Shown here: positions 28,987 through 39,356 of the stretch, in pieces
How positions within the stretch are numbered: the first letter of the stretch is position 1
Layout of the letters: the number at the start of each line of letters is the position of its first letter
From: Bacteroidales bacterium
GTDB taxonomy: Bacteria; Bacteroidota; Bacteroidia; Bacteroidales; VadinHA17
Assembly: GCA_029932855.1 (NCBI GenBank)
Contig: JAOZPG010000004.1
Span: forward strand, 49,148-113,147
DNA length: 64,000 nucleotides
Direction: 5' to 3'
The notes under the pieces: model-generated
The model's input: only the letters and a program-made list of their open reading frames with translations
Told to the model about the DNA's origin: nothing
Databases searched by the model: none
Translations under genes and position numbers: made by a program

Positions 28987-31900
28987 TTATTTCAATGTAA
29001 TCTCTACCCCGGGTCTGCTGTCCACAAATTCCAGTAGGTCATCAGTAATTTTTATAGTCTTGTGTCGTGATAATAATCCCAGGGAAATATTATTCGCGGG
29101 GTCAAAGATATTAAAATTGAATAAAACATTTCCACGGGCCGATGAAACTTTTTCCAGTCCGGATATGAAATCGGGATCTATGGCATCTATGGGAATGTTC
29201 AGTATTATTGACTTTATTAGTTTGTCCCTGCATTCTCCCAGTAAATACATGGCTTTAACCTTGAACTCATATTCTCCCTCTCTGTAGTATGAAGCCTGTA
29301 CCTTTCCTTTTACCAGCAGTGCCAGGTCTTTACGGAAATACTTACTGTATTCAAGATAATCTGAGTTAAACAGGGCTATTCTGAAAGATCCTTTTTTATC
29401 TTGTATGGTAAAGAATCCATATGGCTTTCCTGTTTTTGAGGTTCCTGTTTTGAAGTCGGAAATTATTCCCGCGAAAGAAAGTTCCCTGCCAAGCATATCC
29501 TTAAGTTCGCCTATTTCTCCCAGGCTAATATTACATAAGCTTTTTATTTCAAACTTATAGTCATCCAGAGGATGTGCCGACATATATATGCCTACAAGCT
29601 CTTTTTCCTTATTAAGTCTTTCCAGCTTGGGCCATGGCGTGGCTTCAGGGATCACAGGAGTAGTATATTCCTGGTCCTGTGTGCCACCGAAAAGTGACTG
29701 CTGCGAGGTATTTCTTTCATGACTTACCCGGTTCCCGTATTTAATAAGGTTTTCTATAAAACTGTTTCCCTTGTTATCAATTGCAAAGAATTGTTCTCTT
29801 GTTACTTCTTTAAAACAATCAAAAGCTCCGGCAAGGGCACATGCCTCGAGACTTTTCTTATTAACAGCTCCAAAATCAATCCTTTCCGCCAGGTCAAATA
29901 TATTTTTAAAGGGACCGTTTTTCTTTCTCTCCTCAATTATATTTATGGATGCATTTTTCCCCATTCCTTTTATTGCTTCCAGTCCGAATCTTATATTACC
30001 ATCTTTCACAACAGTGAATTTAAGTTTACTTTCGTTGATATCGGGACCGAAAACAGAGATGCCCATTCTGTTACATTCATCCATAAAGATGGTAATCTTC
30101 TTAAGATCCTTAATATTTCTGCTCAGTACAGCAGACATATATTCACTGGGATAATGAGTTTTTAGGTAAGCTTCCCTGTACGAAACATTAGCATAGCAGG
30201 TGGAGTGAGATTTATTGAATGCATATTTTGCAAATTCCTCCCAGTCGTGCCATACATGCTCGGCTATTTTAAGATCTATATTATTGTTTTTGCATCCCTT
30301 CAGGAATTTTTCCTTGAGAGCATCCATTACATTCTTCTGCTTCTTACCCATGGCTTTTCGAAGCTTATCTGCTTCTCCTCTGGTAAATCCGGCCATTGCC
30401 CTTGACAGCTGCATTACCTGTTCCTGGTAAACGGTAATGCCATAGGTTTCTTTAAGATATTCCTCCATTACAGGTATATCGTAAACTATCTTTGATTTAC
30501 CATGCTTACGGCTGATGAACTTAGGGATATAATCCATGGGACCCGGACGATAAAGGGCGTTCATTGCTATAAGATCTTCAAAACGGTTTGGCTTAAGGGC
30601 TTTAAGGTGCTTGCGCATTCCTTCAGACTCGAACTGGAAAAGACCTATTGTCTCACCCTTGCTGTAGAGCTCATATGTTTTAGGATCATCCAGGGGTATG
30701 GAATCAATATCCAGATCAACTCCTTTAGATTCTTTTACATTTTCAACAGCATCCCTTATTATCGACAGGGTTTTGAGTCCCAGAAAATCCATTTTAAGCA
30801 TGCCTACCTCTTCCACAAATTCTCCGTCATATTGTGTTACAAGTAGCTCGGCATCTTTTTGTGTACATAGGGGGATATTGTCAATAAGGTCTTCCTTTCC
30901 AATAATAATACCGCAGGCATGCAGTCCTGTATGCCTTACAGAGCCCTCAAGTATTTCGGCATATTTTAGGGTTCTTATCACCAGGGGATTATCAGAGTTT
31001 TTTGCTTCCCGTAGTTCCTTAGAGTCCTTGTAAGCGGATGAGAATGTAGTTCCGGGTTTTTCAGGAATAAGTTTTGCCAGGCGATCGGCCTCAGGAAGTG
31101 GTAGTTTTTCAACCCTGGCAACATCCCTGATAGCCATTTTTACAGCCATTGATCCGAATGTAATAATATGGGCCACCCTTTTGGATCCGTATTTCTTAAC
31201 AACCCATTTTAAGACTTCATCTCTTCCGTCTTCGTCAAAGTCAATATCTATATCAGGGAGGCTTATTCTGTCAGGGTTGAGAAAACGTTCAAAAAGCAAT
31301 CCGTATCTTAGGGGATCTATCTCTGTTATTCTTAGGCAATAGGCTACCACAGAGCCTGCAGCCGACCCTCGTCCGGGACCAACTGAGACGCCCATGTCTC
31401 GGGCTGCAGCAATAAGATCCTGAACAATCAGGAAATAACCCGGGTATCCCATTTTTTTGATGACCCCAAGTTCGAAATCTATTCTATCCCGTATTTCTCT
31501 GGTAATTTCTTTATACCTTAATTCAGCACCTTTGTAGCTTAAATGCTTCAGGTATTCATCAGGGTCGGTAAAGCTTTCCGGCAAGGGAAAATCAGGCATA
31601 AAAGGAGCATGGTTAATATCATAATTCTCAATCTTCTCAGCCAGCTCTATTGTATTGTCCAGGGCTTCAGGAATATCAGAAAATAATTCACCCATTTCCT
31701 CACGGGTTTTGAAGAACTCTTGTTTTGTATATTTTAGCCTGTTGGGATCATCAAGGTCTTTACCCGTATTCAGGCAGATAAGCCTGTCGTGAGCTTCAGC
31801 ATCTTCAGCATTTACAAAATGAACATCATTGGTGGCTATAAGTTTTATATCATGTTTCTTTGCCAGGATGACGATTTTTTCATTAACAATCTTTTGTTTG

Positions 31901-32469
31901 GCAAATGTATCAGAATCCACTGCGGGATCCCCTGTTTCATGTCTTTGAAGTTCGAGATAATAATCTTCTGCAAATAGCTTTTTAAACCATAGTATGACCT
32001 CTTCGGCATCTTCCATGGTCTTTTTCATAATTGCCTGAGGCACTTCACCTCCAAGGCATGCCGATGAAGCGATTATCCCTTCATGGTACTTCTCCAGTAA
32101 TTCTTTATCTATCCTTGGCTTGTAATAATGGCCTTCAATATATGAGAGAGAGACCATTCGCGACAGATTTTTATAACCTGTTTTATTTTTTGCCAGCAAT
32201 ATCAGGTGATCGCCCCCCCGATCTTCTTTATTAACATGATCATGCCTGCTTCTCCTGGCTACATATACTTCACATCCGATTATAGGCTTAATGCCATTAG
32301 CTCGGCATAAATTATAGAAATGCTTGGCACCAAATAAATTACCATGATCTGTTATTGCGAGTGAGCTCATGCCATCATCATGAGCTTTCTTAACCAGGCG
32401 TGGAATACTTGCAGCTCCGTCAAGGATAGAATATTGAGTGTGAACATGTAAATGAGTAAAGTCTCTCAT
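28987..32469 (-). CDS. dnaE: DNA polymerase III alpha subunit
   Basis: PHP domain HLHVHTQYSILDGA; polymerase core (GPGRGSAAGS, DIDIDF, LKMDFLGL); OB-fold tail; 1160 aa. Confidence 0.97.
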   Translation of the reverse strand: MRDFTHLHVHTQYSILDGAASIPRLVKKAHDDGMSSLAITDHGNLFGAKHFYNLCRANGIKPIIGCEVYVARRSRHDHVNKEDRGGDHLILLAKNKTGYKNLSRMVSLSYIEGHYYKPRIDKELLEKYHEGIIASSACLGGEVPQAIMKKTMEDAEEVILWFKKLFAEDYYLELQRHETGDPAVDSDTFAKQKIVNEKIVILAKKHDIKLIATNDVHFVNAEDAEAHDRLICLNTGKDLDDPNRLKYTKQEFFKTREEMGELFSDIPEALDNTIELAEKIENYDINHAPFMPDFPLPESFTDPDEYLKHLSYKGAELRYKEITREIRDRIDFELGVIKKMGYPGYFLIVQDLIAAARDMGVSVGPGRGSAAGSVVAYCLRITEIDPLRYGLLFERFLNPDRISLPDIDIDFDEDGRDEVLKWVVKKYGSKRVAHIITFGSMAVKMAIRDVARVEKLPLPEADRLAKLIPEKPGTTFSSAYKDSKELREAKNSDNPLVIRTLKYAEILEGSVRHTGLHACGIIIGKEDLIDNIPLCTQKDAELLVTQYDGEFVEEVGMLKMDFLGLKTLSIIRDAVENVKESKGVDLDIDSIPLDDPKTYELYSKGETIGLFQFESEGMRKHLKALKPNRFEDLIAMNALYRPGPMDYIPKFISRKHGKSKIVYDIPVMEEYLKETYGITVYQEQVMQLSRAMAGFTRGEADKLRKAMGKKQKNVMDALKEKFLKGCKNNNIDLKIAEHVWHDWEEFAKYAFNKSHSTCYANVSYREAYLKTHYPSEYMSAVLSRNIKDLKKITIFMDECNRMGISVFGPDINESKLKFTVVKDGNIRFGLEAIKGMGKNASINIIEERKKNGPFKNIFDLAERIDFGAVNKKSLEACALAGAFDCFKEVTREQFFAIDNKGNSFIENLIKYGNRVSHERNTSQQSLFGGTQDQEYTTPVIPEATPWPKLERLNKEKELVGIYMSAHPLDDYKFEIKSLCNISLGEIGELKDMLGRELSFAGIISDFKTGTSKTGKPYGFFTIQDKKGSFRIALFNSDYLEYSKYFRKDLALLVKGKVQASYYREGEYEFKVKAMYLLGECRDKLIKSIILNIPIDAIDPDFISGLEKVSSARGNVLFNFNIFDPANNISLGLLSRHKTIKITDDLLEFVDSRPGVEITLK

Positions 32470-32687
32470 TAGTTACCGGGCTGTGTTTCAGATAATTAGA
32501 ATGTAAGACAGGTCTTATAAGACCTCAGCATAAAGGTATCTAAAACACAAGTATTAAAAGTGAATGTTAATAAATAATTGAAATGTTTTTAATAAAGAGC
32601 TTAACAGGGATATGATCTTGCTGATTTTCACTATCCTTTGAAAGATATTTATATTTCATAAATGCTTTTTTAAGGAGAATTTAATTG

Positions 32688-32695
32688 TATCTTTG
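32688..32695 (+). promoter_or_regulatory. Candidate Bacteroidota -7 promoter box (TAnnTTTG) for rpsP
   Basis: TATCTTTG lies ~52 bp upstream of the rpsP ATG. No clean -33 TTTG element is present. Confidence 0.35.
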
Positions 32696-32746
32696 CAGCC
32701 ACAAAATTTTTAAGTAAGCATATTTAATTAATTAAAAAGCGAACCA

Positions 32747-33529
32747 ATGCCAGTAAAAATCAGATTACAAAGACATGGGAAAAAGGGTAAACCTTATTTC
32801 CACATTGTGATAGCTGATAGCAGGGCGCCACGGGATGGCAAGTTCATTGAAAGGATTGGGAGTTATAACCCCAACACAAATCCTGCTACTATCGAGATTA
32901 ATTTCGATGGTGCATTGAACTGGCTGCAAAAGGGCGCTCAACCTACAGATACCTGTAGGGCTATCCTGTCATACAAAGGGATACTTTACAAAAACCATTT
33001 ATTAAATGGTGTAAAGAAAGGGGCTTTTTCGGAAGAAGAAGCAGAGAAGCGTTTTCAGGAATGGGTAAAAGAAAAGGAAGGGAAGGTACAGTCTAAGATC
33101 GATAGCCTGAACAAAGCTGCTGAGAGCGAGATTAAGAAAAAGCTTGAGGCAGAAAGTAAACTTAATGAAAAACGTGCAGAAGAAATAGCTAAAAGAAATT
33201 CAGATCTTGCTGAAGAGATAGCTAAAGCTGAAGCCGGGGAAGCAGTAGCTGCAGAGGAAGCTAAAGAAGAAGTAAAAGAGGAGAAGGCAGAAGCCAAAGC
33301 AGAGGAAACTAAAGAAGAAGTGAAAGAGGAGAAGGCAGAAGCCAAGGCAGAGGAAGCTAAAGAAGAAGTAAAAGAGGAGAAGGCAGAAGCCAAAGCAGAG
33401 GAAACTAAAGAAGAAGTGAAAGAGGAGAAGGCAGAAGCCAAGGCAGAGGAAGCTAAAGAGGAAGTGAAAGAGGAGAAGGCAGAAGCCAAGGCAGAGGAAG
33501 CTAAAAAAGACAAGCCGGAAGATAAGTAA
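32747..33529 (+). CDS. rpsP: 30S ribosomal protein S16 with long Lys/Glu/Ala-rich repetitive C-terminal tail
   Basis: N-terminus [42 protein letters not shown] is canonical S16. The tail holds five copies of [15 protein letters not shown](T/A). Confidence 0.95.
   Translation: MPVKIRLQRHGKKGKPYFHIVIADSRAPRDGKFIERIGSYNPNTNPATIEINFDGALNWLQKGAQPTDTCRAILSYKGILYKNHLLNGVKKGAFSEEEAEKRFQEWVKEKEGKVQSKIDSLNKAAESEIKKKLEAESKLNEKRAEEIAKRNSDLAEEIAKAEAGEAVAAEEAKEEVKEEKAEAKAEETKEEVKEEKAEAKAEEAKEEVKEEKAEAKAEETKEEVKEEKAEAKAEEAKEEVKEEKAEAKAEEAKKDKPEDK
33251..33505 (+). repeat. Tandem repeat of 48 bp, ~5.3 copies (two identical 96-bp super-units), inside rpsP
   Basis: The unit is GCAGAGGAA(G/A)CTAAAGAAGAAGT(A/G)AAAGAGGAGAAGGCAGAAGCCAA(A/G). 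Segments 33251-33346 and 33347-33442 are identical by direct reading. Confidence 0.95.
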
Positions 33530-34047
33530 TGGCTTCAGAGAATAACATTCTCTTTGGCAAACTTACAAGGACCCATGGCTACCAGGGGCAGTTAATTCTT
33601 AGAGCAAGTATAGATGCCGGCCTGGATAAAGATAAAGTGGAATCGGTATTCCTGATGATAGATGGAATACCGGTTCCTTTTTTTGTTGAAGAATTATCTG
33701 AAAAGAATTTCCCATTATTTATTATAAGGTTTGAGGGCATTGATAAGGAGGATTTAGCATTAAAACTGGTGGGCACAGAAGTTTATATAAGCGAATCTCA
33801 TATTATTAATGAGAGATCAGATGAATTAAGTTTTAGGAATTTTTTGGGATTTATACTGGAAGATCAGGATAAACATATTATTGGAGAGATAACAGATTTT
33901 CTTGATATCCCCGGTAATTCCCTCTTCGCTGTAAAGCATGAGGGGAAAGAAGTATGGATACCTGTGAACCCCGGGTTAATACTTGGAATTGAAACAGAGA
34001 ATAAGATCATCAAACTGGAAATACGTGAAGGCTTGATAAATATTTAA
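33529..34047 (+). CDS. rimM: 16S rRNA processing protein RimM
   Basis: It sits directly after rpsP with a TAATG overlap. N-terminus GKLTRTHGYQGQL. A PRC-barrel-like C-terminus is present. Length is 172 aa. Confidence 0.85.
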   Translation: MASENNILFGKLTRTHGYQGQLILRASIDAGLDKDKVESVFLMIDGIPVPFFVEELSEKNFPLFIIRFEGIDKEDLALKLVGTEVYISESHIINERSDELSFRNFLGFILEDQDKHIIGEITDFLDIPGNSLFAVKHEGKEVWIPVNPGLILGIETENKIIKLEIREGLINI

Positions 34048-34139
34048 TTTTTTCCATCAGCTCTTCTATAAATTCACTTATTATTGCAACATATGCTTCC
34101 GGGGTTCGTCTTTAATATATATAAATCAAAAATATTATT

Positions 34140-34856
34140 ATGATAAAAGGGAAAGTTAGCATTCTATTAGTATTCCTGTTTTCAGGATTACTGGCCCTAC
34201 CTGCTATTGGAGGATCAGACAAGGAAGAAAAAAGAAAAGTAGAGAGTTTTAATGAACTGGGTCTGGCAATCTCGGCAGATGTGCTTATCTACCAGTCCGA
34301 TAAAACGGAACTTACAATTATTGGTAGTCCTTCGGTTATTGAACATATAGAGACAGAGGTTTTGGGAGGAGAACTGAGAATAAGATATGATAAAAACTGG
34401 TTATTCAGGAACAGATACGACAGGGTAAAAATAATACTAAGTTCGCCAAGCTGGGAAATAATATCTGTTTCCGGTTCAGGAACAGTAAAGAATGCCAATA
34501 ATATCAAGGAGACTGAAATAGAACTGGCTGTAAGCGGAAGTGGACTAATAAAATTAAACGGACTGATCTCATCTGAAATATTAGCAAGGATATCAGGATC
34601 GGGAGATATTTTTGTTGCAGGGACAAAAACTGCCGGGAAACTTGGTATTCACATCAGTGGATCAGGGGATGTAAATGCAAGTGGACTGGAAACGGAAAAT
34701 GTGTCAGTGAAGATAAGCGGTTCGGGGGATGCCTCAGTAAATGTTAAAGAAAGGCTGGAGGTGTCTATATCCGGAAGCGGAGATGTGGATTATTATGGCG
34801 ATGCCATTGTTGATGCACGAATAAGCGGCTCCGGGGATGTAAATAAGAAGGATTAG
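34140..34856 (+). CDS. Secreted DUF2807 / head-GIN-domain (adhesin-head-like beta-solenoid) protein
   Basis: Signal peptide, then repeated ISGSGD(V/I/A) rungs about every 20 aa. Confidence 0.7.
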   Translation: MIKGKVSILLVFLFSGLLALPAIGGSDKEEKRKVESFNELGLAISADVLIYQSDKTELTIIGSPSVIEHIETEVLGGELRIRYDKNWLFRNRYDRVKIILSSPSWEIISVSGSGTVKNANNIKETEIELAVSGSGLIKLNGLISSEILARISGSGDIFVAGTKTAGKLGIHISGSGDVNASGLETENVSVKISGSGDASVNVKERLEVSISGSGDVDYYGDAIVDARISGSGDVNKKD

Positions 34857-34872
34857 CTTATACAGGAATTAA

Positions 34873-35448
34873 TTATTTCCTGATTATTCGGATTACATTT
34901 CCTTCTCCGATCTTAATTATTGATGAAGGTTTGGGATGGCTTGAATGATGTTGTGAAACTTTACATACATAGTCAACCCTTTCCTTTATCCTGGTATCAA
35001 CAGATTCAAAATTGTCGGGGTGCTTCATTCCTGATATGTTTGCTGATGTGGATACCAGGGGTTTCGAGAATTCTCTGATGAGATCACGGCAAAAACCGCT
35101 CTGGCATATTCTTATACCAATTGAACCGTCGGGTGCAATAAGATTTCCTGCAAGTCCGCTTGCATCAGGATAAATAATGGTTAAGGGCTCAGTGGCAGCA
35201 GCAATCAGCTTTTGGGCAATACCGGGTACTTTTTTCACATACTCTTCTATCATAGCAGGAGAGTCTACGACAAGCAGTATGCTTTTATGGTCTTCTCTTT
35301 CCTTGATGTTGTAGATCTTCTTTACAGCATCAGTATTTGTTGCATCACACCCAAGTCCCCATATAGTATCTGTAGGATACAGTATTGTTCCGCCTGAGTT
35401 TAATATCTTAAGGGCTTTTTCAATATGTGTCTTGTAATTTTTGTCCAC
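34873..35448 (-). CDS. tsaC: L-threonylcarbamoyladenylate synthase (TsaC/YrdC family)
   Basis: Motifs LYPTDTIWGLGCDA and STSANISG in a 191-aa protein. Confidence 0.85.
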   Translation of the reverse strand: MDKNYKTHIEKALKILNSGGTILYPTDTIWGLGCDATNTDAVKKIYNIKEREDHKSILLVVDSPAMIEEYVKKVPGIAQKLIAAATEPLTIIYPDASGLAGNLIAPDGSIGIRICQSGFCRDLIREFSKPLVSTSANISGMKHPDNFESVDTRIKERVDYVCKVSQHHSSHPKPSSIIKIGEGNVIRIIRK

Positions 35449-36494
35449 TACTTATCTATTTTGCCGTGTAATGAATAGACTTTTTGTTTTCTGTAAAAAG
35501 ACAGATTTCTTTTTTCCGGTACCCCATGCAGGTTAATATAATCTTCAATAGCATTCCACATTCTTTCCGAAGACCGGCCATCTGTATACGGATGGTATTC
35601 AGAGATAGTTTCTTTTCTTTTTATTTCAAACTCATCCTGTTCCCTGATTTTCCTGAAGGCAGTGATCAGGTCAGCGGCATTGTATATATTAAGCCATTTT
35701 ATATTTTTTGATCTCGACCTGTAGCTCAAAGCCGGCTTATTAAGCAAAACAAATTCATATACTATGGAGGAAGTGTCTGAAATAATATAATCACTGACAA
35801 TCAGTAAGCTGCTAATATTCTTTTGATCATAGATCTTTACATTCTTTTTGCCTGCAAAGCTTTTCCTGTAGCTATTCATCATGTCTCGGTTCATTTTATC
35901 ATGAAATTTGATAAACAGGAAAAGATCTTCATCTTTCGTTAGCTTCTGGAGTTCAGGCAGGAGATCTTTTGCTGATGTCAGGGAAGGGGAAAAGGTAGGG
36001 GCATAGATAACAGTATCTTTATAATCTTTTAATTCCGGAAAGTAAGTCTCTTTTATTTTTTGAATTTCCCTTACATTAAAAAAACTGTCAAGCTTGGACC
36101 AGCCTGTTTCAACTACACTGAAGTCTTTGTACTTTTTAGCCAGCTTATTGAATTTTTTTGTAAAATATGGGCCCTGGGTAAGGTAGAGGTCAAAATAATG
36201 TCTGATCCTGAAGTGTCCCTTTTTTTCACCTGCAAGCCCGTGGAACACCTGTACTTTTAATCCTCTTAAATAGTGGGGAATTGAGTTTGTAGGTACCAAG
36301 ATAACATCAGCCCTGAAGTCAGATAGTTCCTGCATACTTATGCTTATAGTAATTTCAGGATCAGGATCTAGCTGAGATTGAATAGTTTGCGGAATATACC
36401 ATAATTGTTCATATCCTCTTTGTAATCCGGTTTTATAAAGAGGATATAATATCTCGTAGGAATAAGGTAGTTCGCAATAAAGAATAGCCTTCAT
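35448..36494 (-). CDS. CDP-glycerol glycerophosphotransferase (TagB/TagF)-family transferase
   Basis: The C-terminal region IISDTSSIVYEFVLLNKP plus the YHPYTDG context is typical of the Glyphos_transf family. The ATG at 36494 is preferred over the TTG at 36506. Confidence 0.65.
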   Translation of the reverse strand: MKAILYCELPYSYEILYPLYKTGLQRGYEQLWYIPQTIQSQLDPDPEITISISMQELSDFRADVILVPTNSIPHYLRGLKVQVFHGLAGEKKGHFRIRHYFDLYLTQGPYFTKKFNKLAKKYKDFSVVETGWSKLDSFFNVREIQKIKETYFPELKDYKDTVIYAPTFSPSLTSAKDLLPELQKLTKDEDLFLFIKFHDKMNRDMMNSYRKSFAGKKNVKIYDQKNISSLLIVSDYIISDTSSIVYEFVLLNKPALSYRSRSKNIKWLNIYNAADLITAFRKIREQDEFEIKRKETISEYHPYTDGRSSERMWNAIEDYINLHGVPEKRNLSFYRKQKVYSLHGKIDK

Positions 36495-36499
36495 GATTT

Positions 36500-37186
36500 T
36501 TAACAAAACAGCTTGTTTGCGTTATTTAGGTCTTCTTCAAAATCAATTTCCAGGCAGTTATACTGTGAGATATCAACTGCTTTTACCTGCATTGAGTCTT
36601 TTTGTATTGCCAGTTCCAGTCCCCGTTCAAAATAATCATTATCCTCGCATTCATCAAGACGCCTGATAAATGCATTCAGGTCTTTATTGGCAATATAATT
36701 TATGCCGACTGCTTCTCCAAGTCCGTTTTTAACGACTTTAGATATCTCATTTATATAATTATTCCTGTCGAGAGTATATTTTACTTCTTCATCCCCTACT
36801 TCAGAGTTGTTTACTGCAACAAAAGAAACATCTTGTGCTATATATGAAAGCAGGTATTCAATTATTTTCTCATCAAATACAACATCGCCATTAAGCCAGA
36901 GTATTGATGATTTCGGGTATTTTTTTATTCCTTTGAGCAGACTTTTAGAGGTGTTTGTCTGGTCGAATCTCTGGTTATAGATAAAACTCAGGTCAGGAAA
37001 GCTTTCCATAATAAGGTCTTTCTTAAAGCCTACTATAACATTTATATCATCAATAGAGAAATAGCTGGTTAGCTTCTCAACCTGCTGCTGCATAATTGTT
37101 TGACCTGATTTTAACGGTGTGAGAGCTTTTGGAAACGGATTGCCTAGTCTTGAACCTATGCCGGCTGCCAGAATAATAATTTTCAT
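36500..37186 (-). CDS. Nucleotidyltransferase (LicC/MobA-like, NDP- or CDP-alcohol/sugar forming)
   Basis: N-terminus MKIIILAAGIGSRLG..PKALTPL is the glycine-rich NTP-transferase loop. Length is 228 aa. Confidence 0.7.
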   Translation of the reverse strand: MKIIILAAGIGSRLGNPFPKALTPLKSGQTIMQQQVEKLTSYFSIDDINVIVGFKKDLIMESFPDLSFIYNQRFDQTNTSKSLLKGIKKYPKSSILWLNGDVVFDEKIIEYLLSYIAQDVSFVAVNNSEVGDEEVKYTLDRNNYINEISKVVKNGLGEAVGINYIANKDLNAFIRRLDECEDNDYFERGLELAIQKDSMQVKAVDISQYNCLEIDFEEDLNNANKLFC

Positions 37187-37211
37187 GATTTATTTATTTT
37201 GTCTTTAGGCT

Positions 37212-37973
37212 TTAACTAAGCCTCCCAAGTTGCCGTATTTTTATATGTTTACGATAACTGGAATAAGCATTCATATAGCAGACTGTTAGTCCGTATTGCC
37301 CTTCCAGGAATCCCAGCTTTAAGAAATAGGATTTAAAAAATCTCCAAAAGGGATGGATAATTATTTTTATTATTCCTGATTTTTTCCCCAGTTTGATATA
37401 TTCCCGGGCATTAATATTTGAAAAATTCTCAATCTTCTGCCGGTGTTTTTCCATGGAATCATTTACATAATGCAGAAGATCACCTTTCAACCATTGCTTG
37501 TTTGCCCCATTGTTCAGTCTAAAGATATCATGGGGGTTAATACCCTTCCATTCACCTTTTTGCCTGTTAAACAACCTGATCCTCCTGTCGGGATAAACCC
37601 CGGAATGCTTCATCCATCTCCCATAGTAATTATTTCTGCGGTTAATAGTATAACCGTCAGCCTGGAAATCTTCTTTTATTCTTAGTATTGATTTTTGTAA
37701 TTCTTCCGAAAGCAATTCATCACCATCAAGAGACAGGATGATGTCATTTGATGCTTGCTTCATAGCCCAGTTTTTCTGCTCTTTATAACCCTCAAACTCA
37801 TGTTCAATGAACTTTGCTTTATATGACTGGCATATCTCTTTGGTTTTATCCTTGGAATATGAATCAACAACAAGGATCTCATCAACTACCTGTTGTAAGG
37901 ATTCAAGACATTGTCCTATATATTTTTCTTCATTCAGGGTTATTATAACAGCAGAAATTTTTTGCATCTCCAT
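37212..37973 (-). CDS. Family 2 glycosyltransferase
   Basis: ISAVIITLNEEKYI, VVDSYSKD and a DGDE (DxD-like) motif in a 253-aa protein. Confidence 0.8.
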   Translation of the reverse strand: MEMQKISAVIITLNEEKYIGQCLESLQQVVDEILVVDSYSKDKTKEICQSYKAKFIEHEFEGYKEQKNWAMKQASNDIILSLDGDELLSEELQKSILRIKEDFQADGYTINRRNNYYGRWMKHSGVYPDRRIRLFNRQKGEWKGINPHDIFRLNNGANKQWLKGDLLHYVNDSMEKHRQKIENFSNINAREYIKLGKKSGIIKIIIHPFWRFFKSYFLKLGFLEGQYGLTVCYMNAYSSYRKHIKIRQLGRLS

Positions 37974-38056
37974 TAGTATTGGTAAGATTTTTGGGGTTTT
38001 ATATATTTAAACAGAGAAACGTACAGAAAATTGCAGGATAAACCATAATAATATAC

Positions 38057-39076
38057 CTAAAAAATCCTTTTTCTATAAACTAGTTTCTTATCATAATCCT
38101 GTCCCAGGAATATCCTTTTTTTAATATTTTCAAGATTATTAAGGGCTCCAGAAAAAATAGTAATTCCTTTATCAAATATAATTTCGGGATAAAAATTCAG
38201 GATCTCGAGCGGGAAATTACGGGGGAGTTCAATAATTTCTTTATCCAGCTTGTCTTTATATTCAGTTTCTTCCCTGGGGTGGGCTTTAAGATAGATTTCA
38301 TATCCCGAAGCATGTTCATTAAGGATCTTATTGTAAAGAGATATTTTATAATCTTCGCTTATAAAATTGTCTTCAGATAAGGGTTGGGTAATAAGTATTA
38401 GTTTCTTATTGTCATTAAGGGAGAGTGTATTGCCCTGGAAGAATATATTCAGCAGTTCCTGTTTTCTGTTATTACTTAACTTGTCAATTATATTTTGCAA
38501 ATTAAGTTTTACCCCTTTCTTTCTTACTGCCTGGGGTAGTTTTTCGGGATATTTAACTTCAATTCTTTCAATTTGTTCATCCCTGCCTTCTCCCTGGGGA
38601 GTCTTAAGTATAAACTTTCGCTTAAGGGCTTTTAGGTTATTGACCCTTGGGTTATAATTGCGCATTCCATCTTCAAGCTGAACAAATACATTTTCTTTAA
38701 ACCTGTTGAGGAAGTAGAATGAATTCATACCCAGGCTGTAAAACAGGTTTATTTCAGAGTTTCTGATAAAATCGGATTGTTTGTTTATATCTGAGTTATT
38801 TTCAACAAACTTTATGATAGTCTTGTTTCTTATAAAGTTCCTTTGGATATAATTTGTTTCTGATCTGAGTTTTCGTCTTATGGCAAAGAATGGGATATAG
38901 CAATAATCTGAGAAAAAGTTTTTCTCAACCAGTTGCCGGGCCATTAAAGGGAGGTTTGGTGTGTGGTCATTTACTATAAGCAATGATTTTATTCCCTGAC
39001 TCTGTGCTTCAATATTCTTCAGGCTGCTTACATATAAATGATATAATGTTCCACATACGTAAACTTTATTGGTCAT
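38057..39076 (-). CDS. GT52-like glycosyltransferase (putative sialyltransferase)
   Basis: It is collinear with the Neisseria Lst-type layout: VYVCGTLYHLY (N-terminal), LEDGMRNY (D/E-D-G), LILITQPLSED, YLKAHPRE (HP motif) and IFSGALNN. The ATG at 39076 is preferred over the TTG at 39163. Confidence 0.55.
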   Translation of the reverse strand: MTNKVYVCGTLYHLYVSSLKNIEAQSQGIKSLLIVNDHTPNLPLMARQLVEKNFFSDYCYIPFFAIRRKLRSETNYIQRNFIRNKTIIKFVENNSDINKQSDFIRNSEINLFYSLGMNSFYFLNRFKENVFVQLEDGMRNYNPRVNNLKALKRKFILKTPQGEGRDEQIERIEVKYPEKLPQAVRKKGVKLNLQNIIDKLSNNRKQELLNIFFQGNTLSLNDNKKLILITQPLSEDNFISEDYKISLYNKILNEHASGYEIYLKAHPREETEYKDKLDKEIIELPRNFPLEILNFYPEIIFDKGITIFSGALNNLENIKKRIFLGQDYDKKLVYRKRIF

Positions 39077-39356
39077 AATTTCTTTCTTGTTTTTCCTTTC
39101 TTTCCAGTTTGCGAATATATCCTTTATATGTTTAGAATTCAAATCAAAATAATTGGTTAACAATATAATAAATGAACTTTTTGTGCTAAAAACCAGTATT
39201 TTTGTGATAGCGTTATGAAATATTATACTTTAGTTGGATAATATTCTGTATAGTAATATAAAGGAATATGGGCTGGTTTATATCAATAATATGCCAGGAC
39301 AGGTACCTGCTATAAGTTTTTCTGATTAAGATTATACATAAGTAAAAATGTAAAAT

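Noticed and set aside
28097-32234. Multiple 60-150-aa plus-strand ORFs inside the LOG and dnaE genes, with similar shadow ORFs inside susC, mutL, hppA, nupC and others
   Set aside because: They lie antisense to long, motif-verified genes and have low-complexity or skewed composition with no recognisable domains. They are typical shadow ORFs.
33251-33505. Regular direct repeats that could superficially suggest a CRISPR array
   Set aside because: The units abut head-to-tail with no spacers and sit in frame inside rpsP. No cas genes are present.
33055-33513. 152-aa minus-strand ORF rich in Ser/Ala/Leu repeats
   Set aside because: It is the antisense shadow of the repetitive GAA/GCA-rich S16 tail. 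Its periodic low-complexity sequence mirrors the 48-bp repeat, and the plus-strand gene is unambiguous.
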